This document shows, one piece after another, positions 20,952 to 32,082 of a DNA stretch of 64,000 nucleotides; position 1 is the stretch's first letter; each line of letters opens with the position of its first letter. Location: the NCBI GenBank assembly GCA_903916255.1, contig CAIWVW010000143.1, positions 12,589-76,588 on the forward strand, in the 5' to 3' direction. The notes beneath the pieces were generated by a model. It saw only the letters and a program-made list of their open reading frames with translations. It did not search any database and was not told the origin of the DNA. The stretch comes from an uncultured Bacteroidota bacterium. Its GTDB lineage: Bacteria > Bacteroidota > Bacteroidia > JABEUT01. A program made the translations under genes and the position numbers.

Positions 20952-22475
20952 TTAAGCCTTGGATGCTGCTTTAAGGACTATTCGGAAAGTGGTTCCTTTA
21001 TTCAGTTCGGAGCCTTTCACAAATATTTTGCCCCCATGATAATCATCGATAATCCGTTTGCAAAGCGAAAGGCCCAAGCCCCAGCCGCGGCTTTTGGTGG
21101 TGTATCCGGGTTCAAAAACGGTTTTATATTTTGCTTTGGGAATTCCTTTGCCGGTGTCGGTAACATCAATTATGATAGTATTTGTCTGCCTTGATACCTC
21201 CATGGTAATAGAACCCTGTCCGCCCATAGCATCAATCGCATTGCGGAAAAGATTTTCTATCACCCATGAAAAAAGTGGAGGATTTAACATCGCAACGGTA
21301 TCCAACCTTTCCTGCACAGTTAATGTAAATTTCACTTTCTGCGAACTGCGTGTGCGGATATAATCCATTGTTTCATTCAGTTCGTCCACCACATCAAAAG
21401 CTTCCAGTTGAGGCGCAGAGCCTATTTTAGAAAAGCGGCTGGTAATTGTCTCCAATCGTTTTACGTCCTTTTCCATTTCATCGGTAAGCTCCACATTTTT
21501 CGATTTCAAATAATCGACCCATGCCATTAAGGAAGTAAGTGGGGTTCCCAATTGGTGTGCCGTTTCTTTTGCCAGTCCCACCCAAACCCTGTTCTGTTCC
21601 GATTTGCGGGCACTATTGAAAAGATAGTAGGCCAGCATTATAAACAAACTTATTATGCCCAGTTCAAAATAGGGATAGTAGCGTAACTCCTTTGACAGCG
21701 AAGATTCTTCATAAAAAATAAATTGTTTTCCTTCGTCCGGCAGTTCAATTTCTATGGGCGGATTGCTTTGGCGCATATCGGCAATTTCAGCTTTCAGGTA
21801 TGTCGAATCTTTCATTTTCAAGGTATCCACATTTCCGAACTCCATAATTTTTGTCTGCGTGGAATCGGTAAGAATAACAGGCACGGAAGATGCGTTAGTT
21901 TGCACATCTTTCATGAATGATTCCACTAAATCATTCAGCACCACTTTCAATTCTGTAAACAGTTTCGAATCGGAATAGTAAAGATAATCCTTCCTGTTCT
22001 TTGCTATATTTATTTCAATGGGTGGATGCTGCAATTTCATCATTCGAACCTGGCTATTCAGGTAGGAAGTATCATTCGCCATAGCTTTCACTGAGTCGAG
22101 CAGATTACGGTTCTGACCCGGTTTACCCCTATCATCTACCATTATTACCGGCACCGTTCGGTTATTCTTTATTACATCGAGAAGAAAACTCAAGTCTTCA
22201 AGAGGTGCATTTACATCCGCTATTTTTTTTGTTGCATCGGCCCACAGTTTTACTTTTTCTTCTTCATCCGAACCAATCTGGTTGAACAGGTAATTGGCAT
22301 ATTTAACCAGCCTTGCCTTTTTCTGTATGGCTTCCGCCCAAAGTTGCACCTTGTTGCGCTCTTCTATTTCTACTTTATGCACAAGCCTGTTGGTGTAGAA
22401 CAATGATGCCCCGGCAATAAGGAACGCCCCGATTATCAGGGCAAACTTCCAGCGGCTTTTTTGGGTGTAATTCAT
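20952..22475 (-). CDS. Sensor histidine kinase (HisKA + HATPase_c) with N-terminal periplasmic sensing domain
   Basis: 507 aa. Two TM segments. H-box ETAHQLGTPLTSLMAW. G-boxes DTGKGIP and GWGLGLSLCKRII. Confidence 0.8.
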   Translation of the reverse strand: MNYTQKSRWKFALIIGAFLIAGASLFYTNRLVHKVEIEERNKVQLWAEAIQKKARLVKYANYLFNQIGSDEEEKVKLWADATKKIADVNAPLEDLSFLLDVIKNNRTVPVIMVDDRGKPGQNRNLLDSVKAMANDTSYLNSQVRMMKLQHPPIEINIAKNRKDYLYYSDSKLFTELKVVLNDLVESFMKDVQTNASSVPVILTDSTQTKIMEFGNVDTLKMKDSTYLKAEIADMRQSNPPIEIELPDEGKQFIFYEESSLSKELRYYPYFELGIISLFIMLAYYLFNSARKSEQNRVWVGLAKETAHQLGTPLTSLMAWVDYLKSKNVELTDEMEKDVKRLETITSRFSKIGSAPQLEAFDVVDELNETMDYIRTRSSQKVKFTLTVQERLDTVAMLNPPLFSWVIENLFRNAIDAMGGQGSITMEVSRQTNTIIIDVTDTGKGIPKAKYKTVFEPGYTTKSRGWGLGLSLCKRIIDDYHGGKIFVKGSELNKGTTFRIVLKAASKA

Positions 22476-22592
22476 TACTCAGCTAAAACACAAATGTAAG
22501 TACAATATTGCGCCTAAAGGCTCTTATTTAACATTGTTTGGGATTATACACGCCAAGAAACCAATAAATTTCTGCAAATAATTTACTGGTTT

Positions 22593-22705
22593 ATATGTCG
22601 CTATATGTCGCATTTTTTCATGTTTTAAAATAGCGAAAAACAAATCTACCGCTTATTAAATGCTGAATTTCTGCCACTTTCCCCCGTGTCGCATATGTCA
22701 CATAA
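22593..22705. promoter_or_regulatory. Repeated ATATGTC(G/A)C motif in the intergenic region upstream of the sensor-kinase gene: a tandem direct pair plus a third, partly palindromic copy
   Basis: TATATGTCGC at 22593-22602 and 22603-22612. GTGTCGCATATGTCACAT around 22686-22703. Confidence 0.3.
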
Positions 22706-22766
22706 AAATATGGAATTCTGTTATATTTTTTTTGCGATGCAAATGGGTGGCATTTGTATCTAATCT

Positions 22767-23816
22767 TTAGCTCCCGGCAGGTGTCCGGCCAAACTCAAAC
22801 CTTGCATTAGGCACCAAATCGATTCCGGCAAATTCACTGCGTAAAAATTTAAAATAGCCGGTAATACCAATCATAGCCGCATTATCAGTACAATATTGCA
22901 TCTTAGGAATATATACTTTCCAGTTGTGCCTACCTGCAGCCTCCTGCAAGGCATTGCGCAGGCCGGAATTAGCCGCCACCCCTCCTGCTATTGCAATTTC
23001 CTTTACGCCTGTTTCTTCCGCAGCCCTGGTAATTTTATCTATCAGTATAGATACAACCCTGTATTGAAATGAAGCGCAAAGGTCATTTTTGTGTTCTTCA
23101 ACAAAATTTGGATTGTTTATTTTCCCGTCACGTATAAGATAGAGAAATGATGTCTTCAATCCACTGAAACTAAAGTCGAGCGCAGTAATGTGTGGAGTTG
23201 GAAATGAAAATGCTTTAGGGTTTCCTTCTTTTGCAAATTTATCTACCAGCGGCCCGCCCGGATAAGGCAACGTCATTATTTTAGCCGCTTTATCGAAAGC
23301 TTCCCCTGCCGCATCATCAAGAGTTTGCCCCAATATCTGCATATCGAAATAATCTTTTACCAGCACTATTTGGGTATGCCCGCCTGAAACCGTAAGGCAA
23401 AGGAATGGAAAGGCGGGAGGGCTGTACTCTTCATTAGGAGTTTGTATAAAATGCGAAAGTATATGCGCCTGCATGTGATTCACTTCGATTAGCGGCCTGT
23501 TCAGCCCAATGCTTAACGCTTTGGCAAAAGACACACCCACCAGCAGCGAACCCATCAATCCGGGGCCTTTGGTAAGAGCAATCGCATCTATTTCCTCCTT
23601 TTTAACACCTGCCTTCTTAAGGGCTATGTCGACCACAGGCACAATATTCTGCTGATGCGCCCGCGATGCCAGTTCAGGCACCACGCCTCCATAGTCATGG
23701 TGCACCTGTTGCCCCGCCACTACATTGGAAAGCAGCATAGTACCTGACAGTACAGCAGCACAAGTATCATCGCAGGAAGATTCAATGGCCAAAATCTTCA
23801 CATTACACTCACTCAT
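22767..23816 (-). CDS. tsaD: tRNA N6-adenosine threonylcarbamoyltransferase TsaD (Kae1/YgjD family)
   Basis: 349 aa. N-terminal ILAIESSCDDTCAAV. The metal-binding His pair is in its usual context. Confidence 0.9.
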   Translation of the reverse strand: MSECNVKILAIESSCDDTCAAVLSGTMLLSNVVAGQQVHHDYGGVVPELASRAHQQNIVPVVDIALKKAGVKKEEIDAIALTKGPGLMGSLLVGVSFAKALSIGLNRPLIEVNHMQAHILSHFIQTPNEEYSPPAFPFLCLTVSGGHTQIVLVKDYFDMQILGQTLDDAAGEAFDKAAKIMTLPYPGGPLVDKFAKEGNPKAFSFPTPHITALDFSFSGLKTSFLYLIRDGKINNPNFVEEHKNDLCASFQYRVVSILIDKITRAAEETGVKEIAIAGGVAANSGLRNALQEAAGRHNWKVYIPKMQYCTDNAAMIGITGYFKFLRSEFAGIDLVPNARFEFGRTPAGS

Positions 23817-23827
23817 TATTTCTAACT

Positions 23828-26800
23828 TTGTTCGTTAATTTAAACCCCAAAGGTATTAAAAAACTGCGGAAAATATTGTCTGTATTACTCACCGTTATAG
23901 CGGTGCTGCTGCTCTTTTTCAATATGGTGCTCAACTTTCCGGTTGTTCAAACAGCCCTTACACACACCCTTGCCAACTATTATTCCCGCAAGTTACATGT
24001 TAAAGTGCGTATCGGTAAAGTAGATTTCGAATTCCTTAAAAAGCTTGTTCTGCGCGATGTTTATGTGCAAGACCAACATGCCGATACCTTGTTGTATGCA
24101 ACCGAGCTAAAGTTTGATATAGGTCAGTTGAGTTTAAAAAACAAGCAGCTTTATTTAAGCGATATCGAAATAGATAAGGCCACCATCCATCTTATAACCT
24201 ATAAAAAGGAGCACAGCCTGAATCTTCAATTTATTGTAGATGCGTTTGCTTCTAAGGATACTGCTAAAAATCCGGCGCCGGGCTGGAAAGTTGCATTCGG
24301 GAAACTTTCACTGAACAACGTGGATTTCCGGTTGCAAAACCAGCATGACACCGGTGCAGATAACTTTGGCGTTAATACATCCAACCTGAAGGTCCATCAA
24401 ATAAATGCGAAAATAAATACAATTAAATTTCTGGGTGATACCGTAAGAGCCACTATTGAAAACCTTTCCTGCAAGGAAGAAAGCGGCTTTTTACTGAAAA
24501 AATTTTCTTGTTTTGTAAGCCTTTGCCCGCGCGGAATGGAACTGGATGCTTTAAAAATACAGACCGCTAATTCTGACATTTCAACGGATTTGGTATTCAA
24601 ATATTCCAAATTCTCCGATTTTGATGATTTTACCAACAAGGTGGATATGAAAGCTAAATTTACCCGCAGCAGGGTGTGCATGGATGATGTAGCTGCTTTT
24701 GCACATGGATTAAAGGCGGTGCATAACTGTTTCACATTGTCGGGCGAATATACCGGCAAAGTGAACCATTTGGAAGGCCGTCATATGAGTATTGGGTGGG
24801 GTATGTTTTCGAATCTGGAAGGCGAGTTTCATCTGGATAATATCACTGATATCGATTCAGCTATTTTAAAAATTTACGTTAAGGACCTGGTTACTTCAAA
24901 AGCTGAAATAGAAGAATTACCGGCTCCCCCTTTCGATACCATAGGCCATATTAAATTACCCGATAATATCAGCAAACTGAGAACCATTCATTTAAGCGGT
25001 TCGTTTGTCGGTACCATTAAATCATTTGAAGCTCAGGGTTCTGCTTCTACTGATATTGGAGATATTTCCGCCAACCTGCATATGTGGGAAAACCCGGTCA
25101 GCAACGAATCACGTTACTCGGGAAAGTTAGAGACAAAAGATTTTAATTTGGGTTATTACTGGCAGGCTCCTGACCTGGGCACCGTAACTGCAGCTGTTTC
25201 AATAACCGGAGAAGGACTGAAAAAAGAAAATGCAGATGCCACTCTTTCGGGTATAATTCAAAGCATAACTTATCGGAAATATACTTACCAAAATACAAAA
25301 ATAAGCGGGGAGCTGAAGAAAGGTTTTTTCTCGGGCGTTGTAAACATTGTCGACCCCCACCTGCTGCTCGATTTTAACGGGAAGGTGAGCCAGGCTTCGC
25401 AAAACAGCATTTTCCAGTTTGAAACACATATAACAAAAGCCAACCTTACCGCCCTGCACATTCTGAAAGATACAAGTGCCTATGGGATGTTAACGGGACA
25501 TATTAAAGTAAATGCAACCGGAAACACAATAGATAACCTGGAAGGCACTGTGCTTATAGACAGCACATCTTATGCCGTGAAAAAAGACGTTTATCATATT
25601 GACCATTTAAATCTTACGTCCACGTTAAAAGGAGACTATCATGATATTACTTTGAAATCGGATTATGCAGACGGAGAACTTTCCGGGCATTTTCATTTAG
25701 CCAACACATATGAATGTTTGCAAAATCTTATGTCTTCCTATATTCCATCCGTCTTTCCGGCGGAGAAGCATGTGAAAGGAGATAAGGATTTACATGATTA
25801 TTTGCTGTCGTTACATTTTAATGAAAATACAGGGCTTACCAACCTGTTCGCTCCGGGAGTTAAAATTGCTGCCGGCACAGTAATAAAAGGAAGGTATGAT
25901 GAGTCGTCCGATAATTTCTCATTAAATGGAAATTCAAGCGAAATCGATATATCTGCAAAAAAAATAAAAAATTGGAAAATTGACGCTACAGGCGACGAAT
26001 CAGCTATGATATTTAATACCGGTTGCGACACATTATATGTAAGCGACAGCCTTTACGGCGCCCATTTTTCGGTGAACGGAAATATCCAAAAAGATACCCT
26101 TCACTATACGATTGCATGGAACGACGATTCTGCCGATTTTGCCAACATACCCGGCTATATAGCTTTTCCAAGCAAATCGAAAACCGTGTTTAAATTCCAG
26201 CAACCGGTTATAAGCATGGTCGATTCTGTATGGAAAATAAATACGGATAACCTGATTGTATATGACTCTTCCCGATGGGAAATAAAATCATTTACTATTT
26301 CACATGGCAATCAGGAATCCATAGCGTTGCAAGGTGCTGTAGCGGATGATAACTCGGATAAATTAAATATCACCATTCAAAACATAAATCTGGGTAATCT
26401 GAAACTTGGCGGCACTCCGCTGGCAGGAGAAGTGAACGGCACCGCTTCCATTTCTGATTTGTTCAGCCACCCCTATTTTACCAGCGCGCTCAGTTTTTCC
26501 CAATTAGTATTCAATAAGGAATACCTGGGCGATGGCAACATTAACAGTTCCTGGGATACTCTTTCGCAATCCATTATACTTGACGGGCATTTTCTGTATC
26601 ATGGAACCCCGGTGCTTTCTGTTACGGGTAAATACACGCCGGGCAACAGCACTAATAATTTAAGTGCAGATGCCTACCTGATAAATTTTCCAACGAAGTT
26701 ATTCCAGCCTTATATAAAAGATGTAAGTTCTGTTCTAGACGGGTCCTTAATGGGCCAGGCGCACATTTCGGGCACACCGGCGAACCCGCTTATTTATGGC

Positions 26801-28285
26801 AATGTAACAGCCACGCTGAAAAAAATGAAGTTCGACTATTTGAATACATCCATTCATTCGCAGGCAATAAATATTAAAATAATGCCAGACACTTTCCAGA
26901 TAATGCCTTCCGTAATACTGGATGAAAAGAATGATACCGCACTCTATTCAGGTACATTCACGCACCATAATTTCAAGAACCTTCAGATGGATTTTTATTT
27001 AAATGCGACAAACTTTTTATGCCTTAATACAAACGAAACACAAAACAACTCCTACTTTGGAAAAGGATTTGTAAGCGGCAATTTGCATTTATATGGCCTT
27101 TTGGATGCACTACACATAGTGGCCGACGTTACAACCAATAAAAATACAATATTCAACATTCCGTTGGAAACCGCTTCAGATATTGACCAGGCGAATTATA
27201 TTCAGTTTAAAAATAAAGGCAAAAACGCGCACACCCAAAATGCTTATAAAGTTAGCCTTGGAGGTATTCAAATGGATTTCACTATTCACGTTAATGACGA
27301 TGCCACTTGCAGGCTGCTATTTTCAAATAAAGGAGAAATATTGCAGGCACAAGGGTATGGCTCTATTCAGTTTTCGATGGATAATATTGGTGAAATAAAT
27401 ATGCGTGGCACCTACACTGTGAGCAGCGGATATTACAATTTTGTGCTGCAAAATGTAATTAACAGGAAGTTCCTTCTACAGCAGGATGGAACCATAACCT
27501 GGAACGGTGACCCCTATAATGCCGATATTAATTTAACTACAGAATACGCTACAAGGGCATCATTGCAGCCTTTCTTCCCTCAGGATGTTTCTGGGGTTTA
27601 CAGCAAGCGCTTTCCGGTGAATTGCGACCTTGACCTTTCCGGCAAATTAACATCGCCCGATATTGCCTTTAAAATAGAACTTCCATCGGTAGATAATGAA
27701 ACAAAGCAGGTAGTGGACAGTTACCTTAGTAACGGCGACGAGTTAACTACACAGGTATTCAGTTTGCTTATCATCAACAGTTTTATGCCTGTAGGTTCGG
27801 GCCTTGGCGGAGCAGGCTTTGGCAATCAGTTGGGCGTTGCCAATTCGGCAGAAATACTTTCGAATCAACTTACCAATATGTTTAATAACATTAACAAGAA
27901 CTTTAACGTGGGCCTGGATATTAATCCCGGCACCACCATCAGCCCTGCAGAGTATAAACTGGCGCTTTCCACAGCGCTTTTCACCGGCAGGGTTAATGTT
28001 TCTGTTGATGCAGGAACCCAAAGTGGAATTCCTACAGCTACAACGGCAAATACAAACAGCAACTTTGTAGGTGAAGTGAATGTTGATTACAGCTTAAGTA
28101 AAAACGGAAAATTAAAACTTAAAGCTTTTAACAAAGCGAACGATAACACCACGCTTGAAGTATTAAATGCCCCTTACACGCAGGGTGCAGGTATATCTTA
28201 TAAAGAAAGTTTTAATAGTTGGGGTGAATTTTTCCACAAATTATTTGGCAAGAAAACCAAAGACGAGAAAAAACAAGACAACTAA
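23828..28285 (+). CDS. tamB: TamB-like translocation/assembly module protein (large N-terminally anchored protein with DUF490-like C-terminus)
   Basis: 1485 aa. Single N-terminal TM anchor. Long beta-rich body. Assigned by resemblance to the DUF490 region. Sits next to tsaD. Confidence 0.55.
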   Translation: MFVNLNPKGIKKLRKILSVLLTVIAVLLLFFNMVLNFPVVQTALTHTLANYYSRKLHVKVRIGKVDFEFLKKLVLRDVYVQDQHADTLLYATELKFDIGQLSLKNKQLYLSDIEIDKATIHLITYKKEHSLNLQFIVDAFASKDTAKNPAPGWKVAFGKLSLNNVDFRLQNQHDTGADNFGVNTSNLKVHQINAKINTIKFLGDTVRATIENLSCKEESGFLLKKFSCFVSLCPRGMELDALKIQTANSDISTDLVFKYSKFSDFDDFTNKVDMKAKFTRSRVCMDDVAAFAHGLKAVHNCFTLSGEYTGKVNHLEGRHMSIGWGMFSNLEGEFHLDNITDIDSAILKIYVKDLVTSKAEIEELPAPPFDTIGHIKLPDNISKLRTIHLSGSFVGTIKSFEAQGSASTDIGDISANLHMWENPVSNESRYSGKLETKDFNLGYYWQAPDLGTVTAAVSITGEGLKKENADATLSGIIQSITYRKYTYQNTKISGELKKGFFSGVVNIVDPHLLLDFNGKVSQASQNSIFQFETHITKANLTALHILKDTSAYGMLTGHIKVNATGNTIDNLEGTVLIDSTSYAVKKDVYHIDHLNLTSTLKGDYHDITLKSDYADGELSGHFHLANTYECLQNLMSSYIPSVFPAEKHVKGDKDLHDYLLSLHFNENTGLTNLFAPGVKIAAGTVIKGRYDESSDNFSLNGNSSEIDISAKKIKNWKIDATGDESAMIFNTGCDTLYVSDSLYGAHFSVNGNIQKDTLHYTIAWNDDSADFANIPGYIAFPSKSKTVFKFQQPVISMVDSVWKINTDNLIVYDSSRWEIKSFTISHGNQESIALQGAVADDNSDKLNITIQNINLGNLKLGGTPLAGEVNGTASISDLFSHPYFTSALSFSQLVFNKEYLGDGNINSSWDTLSQSIILDGHFLYHGTPVLSVTGKYTPGNSTNNLSADAYLINFPTKLFQPYIKDVSSVLDGSLMGQAHISGTPANPLIYGNVTATLKKMKFDYLNTSIHSQAINIKIMPDTFQIMPSVILDEKNDTALYSGTFTHHNFKNLQMDFYLNATNFLCLNTNETQNNSYFGKGFVSGNLHLYGLLDALHIVADVTTNKNTIFNIPLETASDIDQANYIQFKNKGKNAHTQNAYKVSLGGIQMDFTIHVNDDATCRLLFSNKGEILQAQGYGSIQFSMDNIGEINMRGTYTVSSGYYNFVLQNVINRKFLLQQDGTITWNGDPYNADINLTTEYATRASLQPFFPQDVSGVYSKRFPVNCDLDLSGKLTSPDIAFKIELPSVDNETKQVVDSYLSNGDELTTQVFSLLIINSFMPVGSGLGGAGFGNQLGVANSAEILSNQLTNMFNNINKNFNVGLDINPGTTISPAEYKLALSTALFTGRVNVSVDAGTQSGIPTATTANTNSNFVGEVNVDYSLSKNGKLKLKAFNKANDNTTLEVLNAPYTQGAGISYKESFNSWGEFFHKLFGKKTKDEKKQDN

Positions 28286-28306
28286 AAAACAAGAATCTTT
28301 TCCCGT

Positions 28307-30931
28307 TTATAAATTCTCCAACTGCTTTTCCAATGCACTAATTTTTGCTTCTGCATCGGCCTTTTTGTTCCGCTCATTCTGAATGATTTCCGGCTTGGCA
28401 TTGCCCACAAATTTCTGGTTACTCAACTTAGCTTCAACAGATTTCAAAAATCCTATATTGTATTCCAGTTCCTTTTGAAGTTTAATTTTCTCTTCGCTTT
28501 TATCGAGCACTACACCTTCCGGAAGGTAAAAAATGTATTCGGTGTCTTTCAATACAAAACTCAACCTGTCCTTGCCTGAATTTGCATTCACTTTCGCTGG
28601 TTCATAAACCGAACCTGATAGTTCCAAATCAGAGTTGGTCAGTCCTACAGCATTTGGGTCCGGAGATACTAAAATAAGTTTTTGTTTTAAAGGCAGATTT
28701 ATCTGCTGGTGAAGGTTGCGTCCGCTTCTTACAAAGGATTTGCGAATATCCTCGAAATGCAAAACTAAGTTCGCATCATAGATTTCACGTTTTGGAAAAC
28801 TACTTACAATTATTCTGTCACCATTGCTTCTCTGCCCAATATTATCCCAAATTTCTTCCGTAATAAAGGGCATAAAAGGATGGACCAGTTTCAGCAATGT
28901 TTCCAGATAATGAATCGTGTCATCATAAATCTTTTTCGGAAATCCGTTACGGCAGGAAATTTTTATACGCTCAAGATATTCTGAGCAGAAATCATCCCAA
29001 ACCAACTTGTAAGTGGCCATCAACACCTCCGAAATTCGATATGAAGCATAATCCTGCTCTATGATTGCAATTTGCTCGGCGAGCTTATTTTTGAACCAGA
29101 TTGAATTTTTAACAGCATCTTCATTCGGTTCTATTTCTTCAGGCTTCCATGTGGTAATTAGCCTGAACGAATTCCACAATTTATTTGAAAAATTACGGCC
29201 TTGTTCACAAAGTGCTTCATCAAATGTGAGGTCGTTACCCGCAGGCGAGCATAAAAGAATTCCCACACGTGTTCCATCTGCGCCATATTGTGCAATAAGG
29301 TCGAGCGGGTCTGGAGAGTTACCTAATGATTTGCTCATCTTGCGGCCTATCTTATCTCGCACTGTTCCGGTAAGATACACATAGCTGAAAGGTTCTTTAC
29401 CTATGTATTCATAGCCTGCAATAATCATTCGTGCCACCCAAAAGAAAAGTATTTCAGGTGCTGTTACAAGGTCATTGGTTGGATAATAATAATTGATGTC
29501 TTTGTTGCCGGGAGATTTAAACCCATCGAAAACACTGATGGGCCATAGCCAGGAGGAGAACCATGTATCCAGCACATCTTCATCCTGCCGGATATTTTTC
29601 GAGCCGCAATGCGGGCACTTCCCGGGGTTTGTTTCTGTTACAATGACTTCCCTGCATTCAGGCTTTGTTCCATCAACACAATACCAGGCAGGAATTTGTT
29701 GCCCCCACCAAAGTTGGCGTGAAATGCACCAATCATGTACATTCTCCATCCAATGCCGGTATGTATTTATGTATTTATCGGGAATGAGTTTTATGGTTCC
29801 GTCAAGCACATGGTCGAGCGCAGGTTTTGAAATTTTATCCATTTTTAAAAACCACTGCATAGATAATTTAGGCTCGATTACCGCATCTGTCCGTTCAGAA
29901 TGCCCCACCTTATTTTTTATGTTTTCAACTTTCACCAGTTGGCCCATCTCCTCCAAATCTTTCACAATTTTATTACGGACAATGAAACGGTCTTCACCAA
30001 TATAAAATCCGGCTTTCTTGCTCATGGTACCATCGGGGTTAATGGTATCGATGATGGGAAGATTATGCTTTACACCTAAATTATAGTCGTTAATATCGTG
30101 AGCCGGAGTAATCTTTAATGCTCCTGTTCCAAACTCCATTGTAACATATTCATCGGAAATAATAGGTACGGAACGGTTAACCATTGGAATAATAACCCGT
30201 TTGCCAACTATGTGTTTGTAACGCTCGTCATTCGGGTTTACACAAACTGCGGTATCTCCCAAAATAGTTTCCGGGCGAGTAGTTGCAATAGTTACCCATT
30301 CATCAGCGGTGCCTTCAATTTTATATTTCACATAAAATAAGCGGGAATCCACTTCTTTATAATTCACCTCTTCGTCCGAAACGGCTGTAAGTCCCTTCGG
30401 GTCCCAGTTAACCATACGTACCCCGCGGTATATATTTCCTTTTTTATATAAATCGACAAACACCTGAATAACCGCGTTGCTCAGGTCTTCATCCATCGTA
30501 AAGCGAACGCGTTCCCAGTCGCAGGAACAGCCCAATGTTTTTAATTGCACAATAATAATGCCCCCATATTTTTCTTTCCACTCCCAGGCATATTTTAAAA
30601 ATCCCTCGCGTGATAAGTCCTTCTTTGCAATGCCTTTTTCTTTCAACAATGCAACCACTTTAGCTTCGGTGGCAATAGATGCATGGTCGGTTCCCGGAAC
30701 CCAGCAGGTGTTTTTGCCTTGCATACGTGCATGGCGCACCAGTACATCCTGAATGGTGTTATTTAATACATGGCCCATGTGCAGCACACCGGTAACATTC
30801 GGAGGAGGCATAACCATAGTATATGCTTCCCGCTCGTCAGGTTCCGAATGAAAAAAACCATTTTCCATCCAATACTTATACCATTTCTCTTCGCTCTTTT
30901 TAGGGTCGTATGTTTTTGAAATTTCTTCCAT
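28307..30931 (-). CDS. valS: Valyl-tRNA synthetase
   Basis: 874 aa. PPPNVTGVLHMGHV HIGH-type motif. KMSKSLGN. C-terminal coiled coil. Confidence 0.95.
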   Translation of the reverse strand: MEEISKTYDPKKSEEKWYKYWMENGFFHSEPDEREAYTMVMPPPNVTGVLHMGHVLNNTIQDVLVRHARMQGKNTCWVPGTDHASIATEAKVVALLKEKGIAKKDLSREGFLKYAWEWKEKYGGIIIVQLKTLGCSCDWERVRFTMDEDLSNAVIQVFVDLYKKGNIYRGVRMVNWDPKGLTAVSDEEVNYKEVDSRLFYVKYKIEGTADEWVTIATTRPETILGDTAVCVNPNDERYKHIVGKRVIIPMVNRSVPIISDEYVTMEFGTGALKITPAHDINDYNLGVKHNLPIIDTINPDGTMSKKAGFYIGEDRFIVRNKIVKDLEEMGQLVKVENIKNKVGHSERTDAVIEPKLSMQWFLKMDKISKPALDHVLDGTIKLIPDKYINTYRHWMENVHDWCISRQLWWGQQIPAWYCVDGTKPECREVIVTETNPGKCPHCGSKNIRQDEDVLDTWFSSWLWPISVFDGFKSPGNKDINYYYPTNDLVTAPEILFFWVARMIIAGYEYIGKEPFSYVYLTGTVRDKIGRKMSKSLGNSPDPLDLIAQYGADGTRVGILLCSPAGNDLTFDEALCEQGRNFSNKLWNSFRLITTWKPEEIEPNEDAVKNSIWFKNKLAEQIAIIEQDYASYRISEVLMATYKLVWDDFCSEYLERIKISCRNGFPKKIYDDTIHYLETLLKLVHPFMPFITEEIWDNIGQRSNGDRIIVSSFPKREIYDANLVLHFEDIRKSFVRSGRNLHQQINLPLKQKLILVSPDPNAVGLTNSDLELSGSVYEPAKVNANSGKDRLSFVLKDTEYIFYLPEGVVLDKSEEKIKLQKELEYNIGFLKSVEAKLSNQKFVGNAKPEIIQNERNKKADAEAKISALEKQLENL

Positions 30932-30940
30932 GCTATACTA

Positions 30941-32071
30941 TCAGAATATTTTTCGGTATGTTATAAATTTTTTATAAGGTACCACCTGCAACAGGGCTAC
31001 CAGCAAGTGAATCATCTTTTCGTTAAAATCGCCAATCCAGTTGATTAAAATGCGGTCATAGTTTTTTTTGGGTTGAATTACTTTACCCAATTCGGTAAAT
31101 ATTCCCGCTTCAAGCCCCTTGCCCTGATATTCGGGCACTATACCAAAAACGATACCCATGGTTGCTCGCGGGGGTTTAGTTTTCAGGTACCAAAATGTTT
31201 TCAATTTACCCAGCCAGTTTAAATCGCCTTTCACATATTTGAATACCTCATTCAATTCAGGAATAGAAATATAAACACCAACCGGTTTATCATTATGATA
31301 AACATACCAGCATGTATCTTCATCAATAATGGGTTTCATCTTGTTCATTATTTCCAGCGCGCGCGCGCTGGTCATCTCTTCAAAATCGCTCCGTTCGGCC
31401 TTCCAGGCTTTGTTATAAATCGTGCGGAAGTCTTCCGCAAACTTTACCCCCTGGTTCTTTTTTATTCGTTCAAAACGGTATTCTTTATTTCGCGTAACCC
31501 TTTCTGCAACCGCATTCAGGCGCGGATGAGGCGGGTCGGCAGCACTGCGGAAATAAACTATTTGTTCATAGAATTTGGCAAATCCATATTCCTCAAAAAG
31601 AGTTTTATAATAATCGGGATTATGGTTCATGGTATAAATGGCGGGCTTATCCGCACCTTCGGATAATAGCCCCCAATAGCGGTCTTTTTCACCAAAATTA
31701 ATAGGGCCGTCCATGGCTTTCATGCCATGCTCAATTAACCAATCTTTACATTTATCGAACAATATAAATGCCGCATTTTTATCGTTTATGCACTCAAAGA
31801 AACCCATTCCGCCTGTTGGCTGCTCAAAAGTAAAAGCCGTTTTATTATTTATAAAGGCTGCAACGCGACCTATGGGTTCATTCTTGTCATTATATAAAAC
31901 CCATCTTATAGCATCACTATGCGAAAAATAGGGATTCGTTTTTCTATTGAATACTTCCTCCACTTCCTGTTTAATATGAGATATCCAGTTTGGGTCTCCT
32001 TTATATATTTTAAAAGGAAGTTTATGGAAATCGCTAATCGTTTTGGTATCCTTAACTTCTGCTAAATGCAT
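30941..32071 (-). CDS. Hypothetical protein, possibly GNAT/FemAB-fold acyltransferase-like
   Basis: 376 aa, soluble, no strong motif recognised. Confidence 0.3.
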   Translation of the reverse strand: MHLAEVKDTKTISDFHKLPFKIYKGDPNWISHIKQEVEEVFNRKTNPYFSHSDAIRWVLYNDKNEPIGRVAAFINNKTAFTFEQPTGGMGFFECINDKNAAFILFDKCKDWLIEHGMKAMDGPINFGEKDRYWGLLSEGADKPAIYTMNHNPDYYKTLFEEYGFAKFYEQIVYFRSAADPPHPRLNAVAERVTRNKEYRFERIKKNQGVKFAEDFRTIYNKAWKAERSDFEEMTSARALEIMNKMKPIIDEDTCWYVYHNDKPVGVYISIPELNEVFKYVKGDLNWLGKLKTFWYLKTKPPRATMGIVFGIVPEYQGKGLEAGIFTELGKVIQPKKNYDRILINWIGDFNEKMIHLLVALLQVVPYKKFITYRKIF

Positions 32072-32082
32072 ATGTCCGCGCT

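Noticed and set aside
22740-22757. GCAAATG-ggtgg-CATTTG hairpin directly after the tsaD stop
   Set aside because: On the tsaD (minus) strand it is followed by an A-run rather than a U-run, and on the plus strand it is preceded rather than followed by the T-run. So it does not fit an intrinsic terminator in either orientation. It was left as unexplained.
30941-32071. 376-aa hypothetical protein considered as the first gene of the accessory cluster
   Set aside because: It is separated from the cluster by the housekeeping pyrR-like gene and has no recognisable tailoring motif. It is treated as outside the locus.
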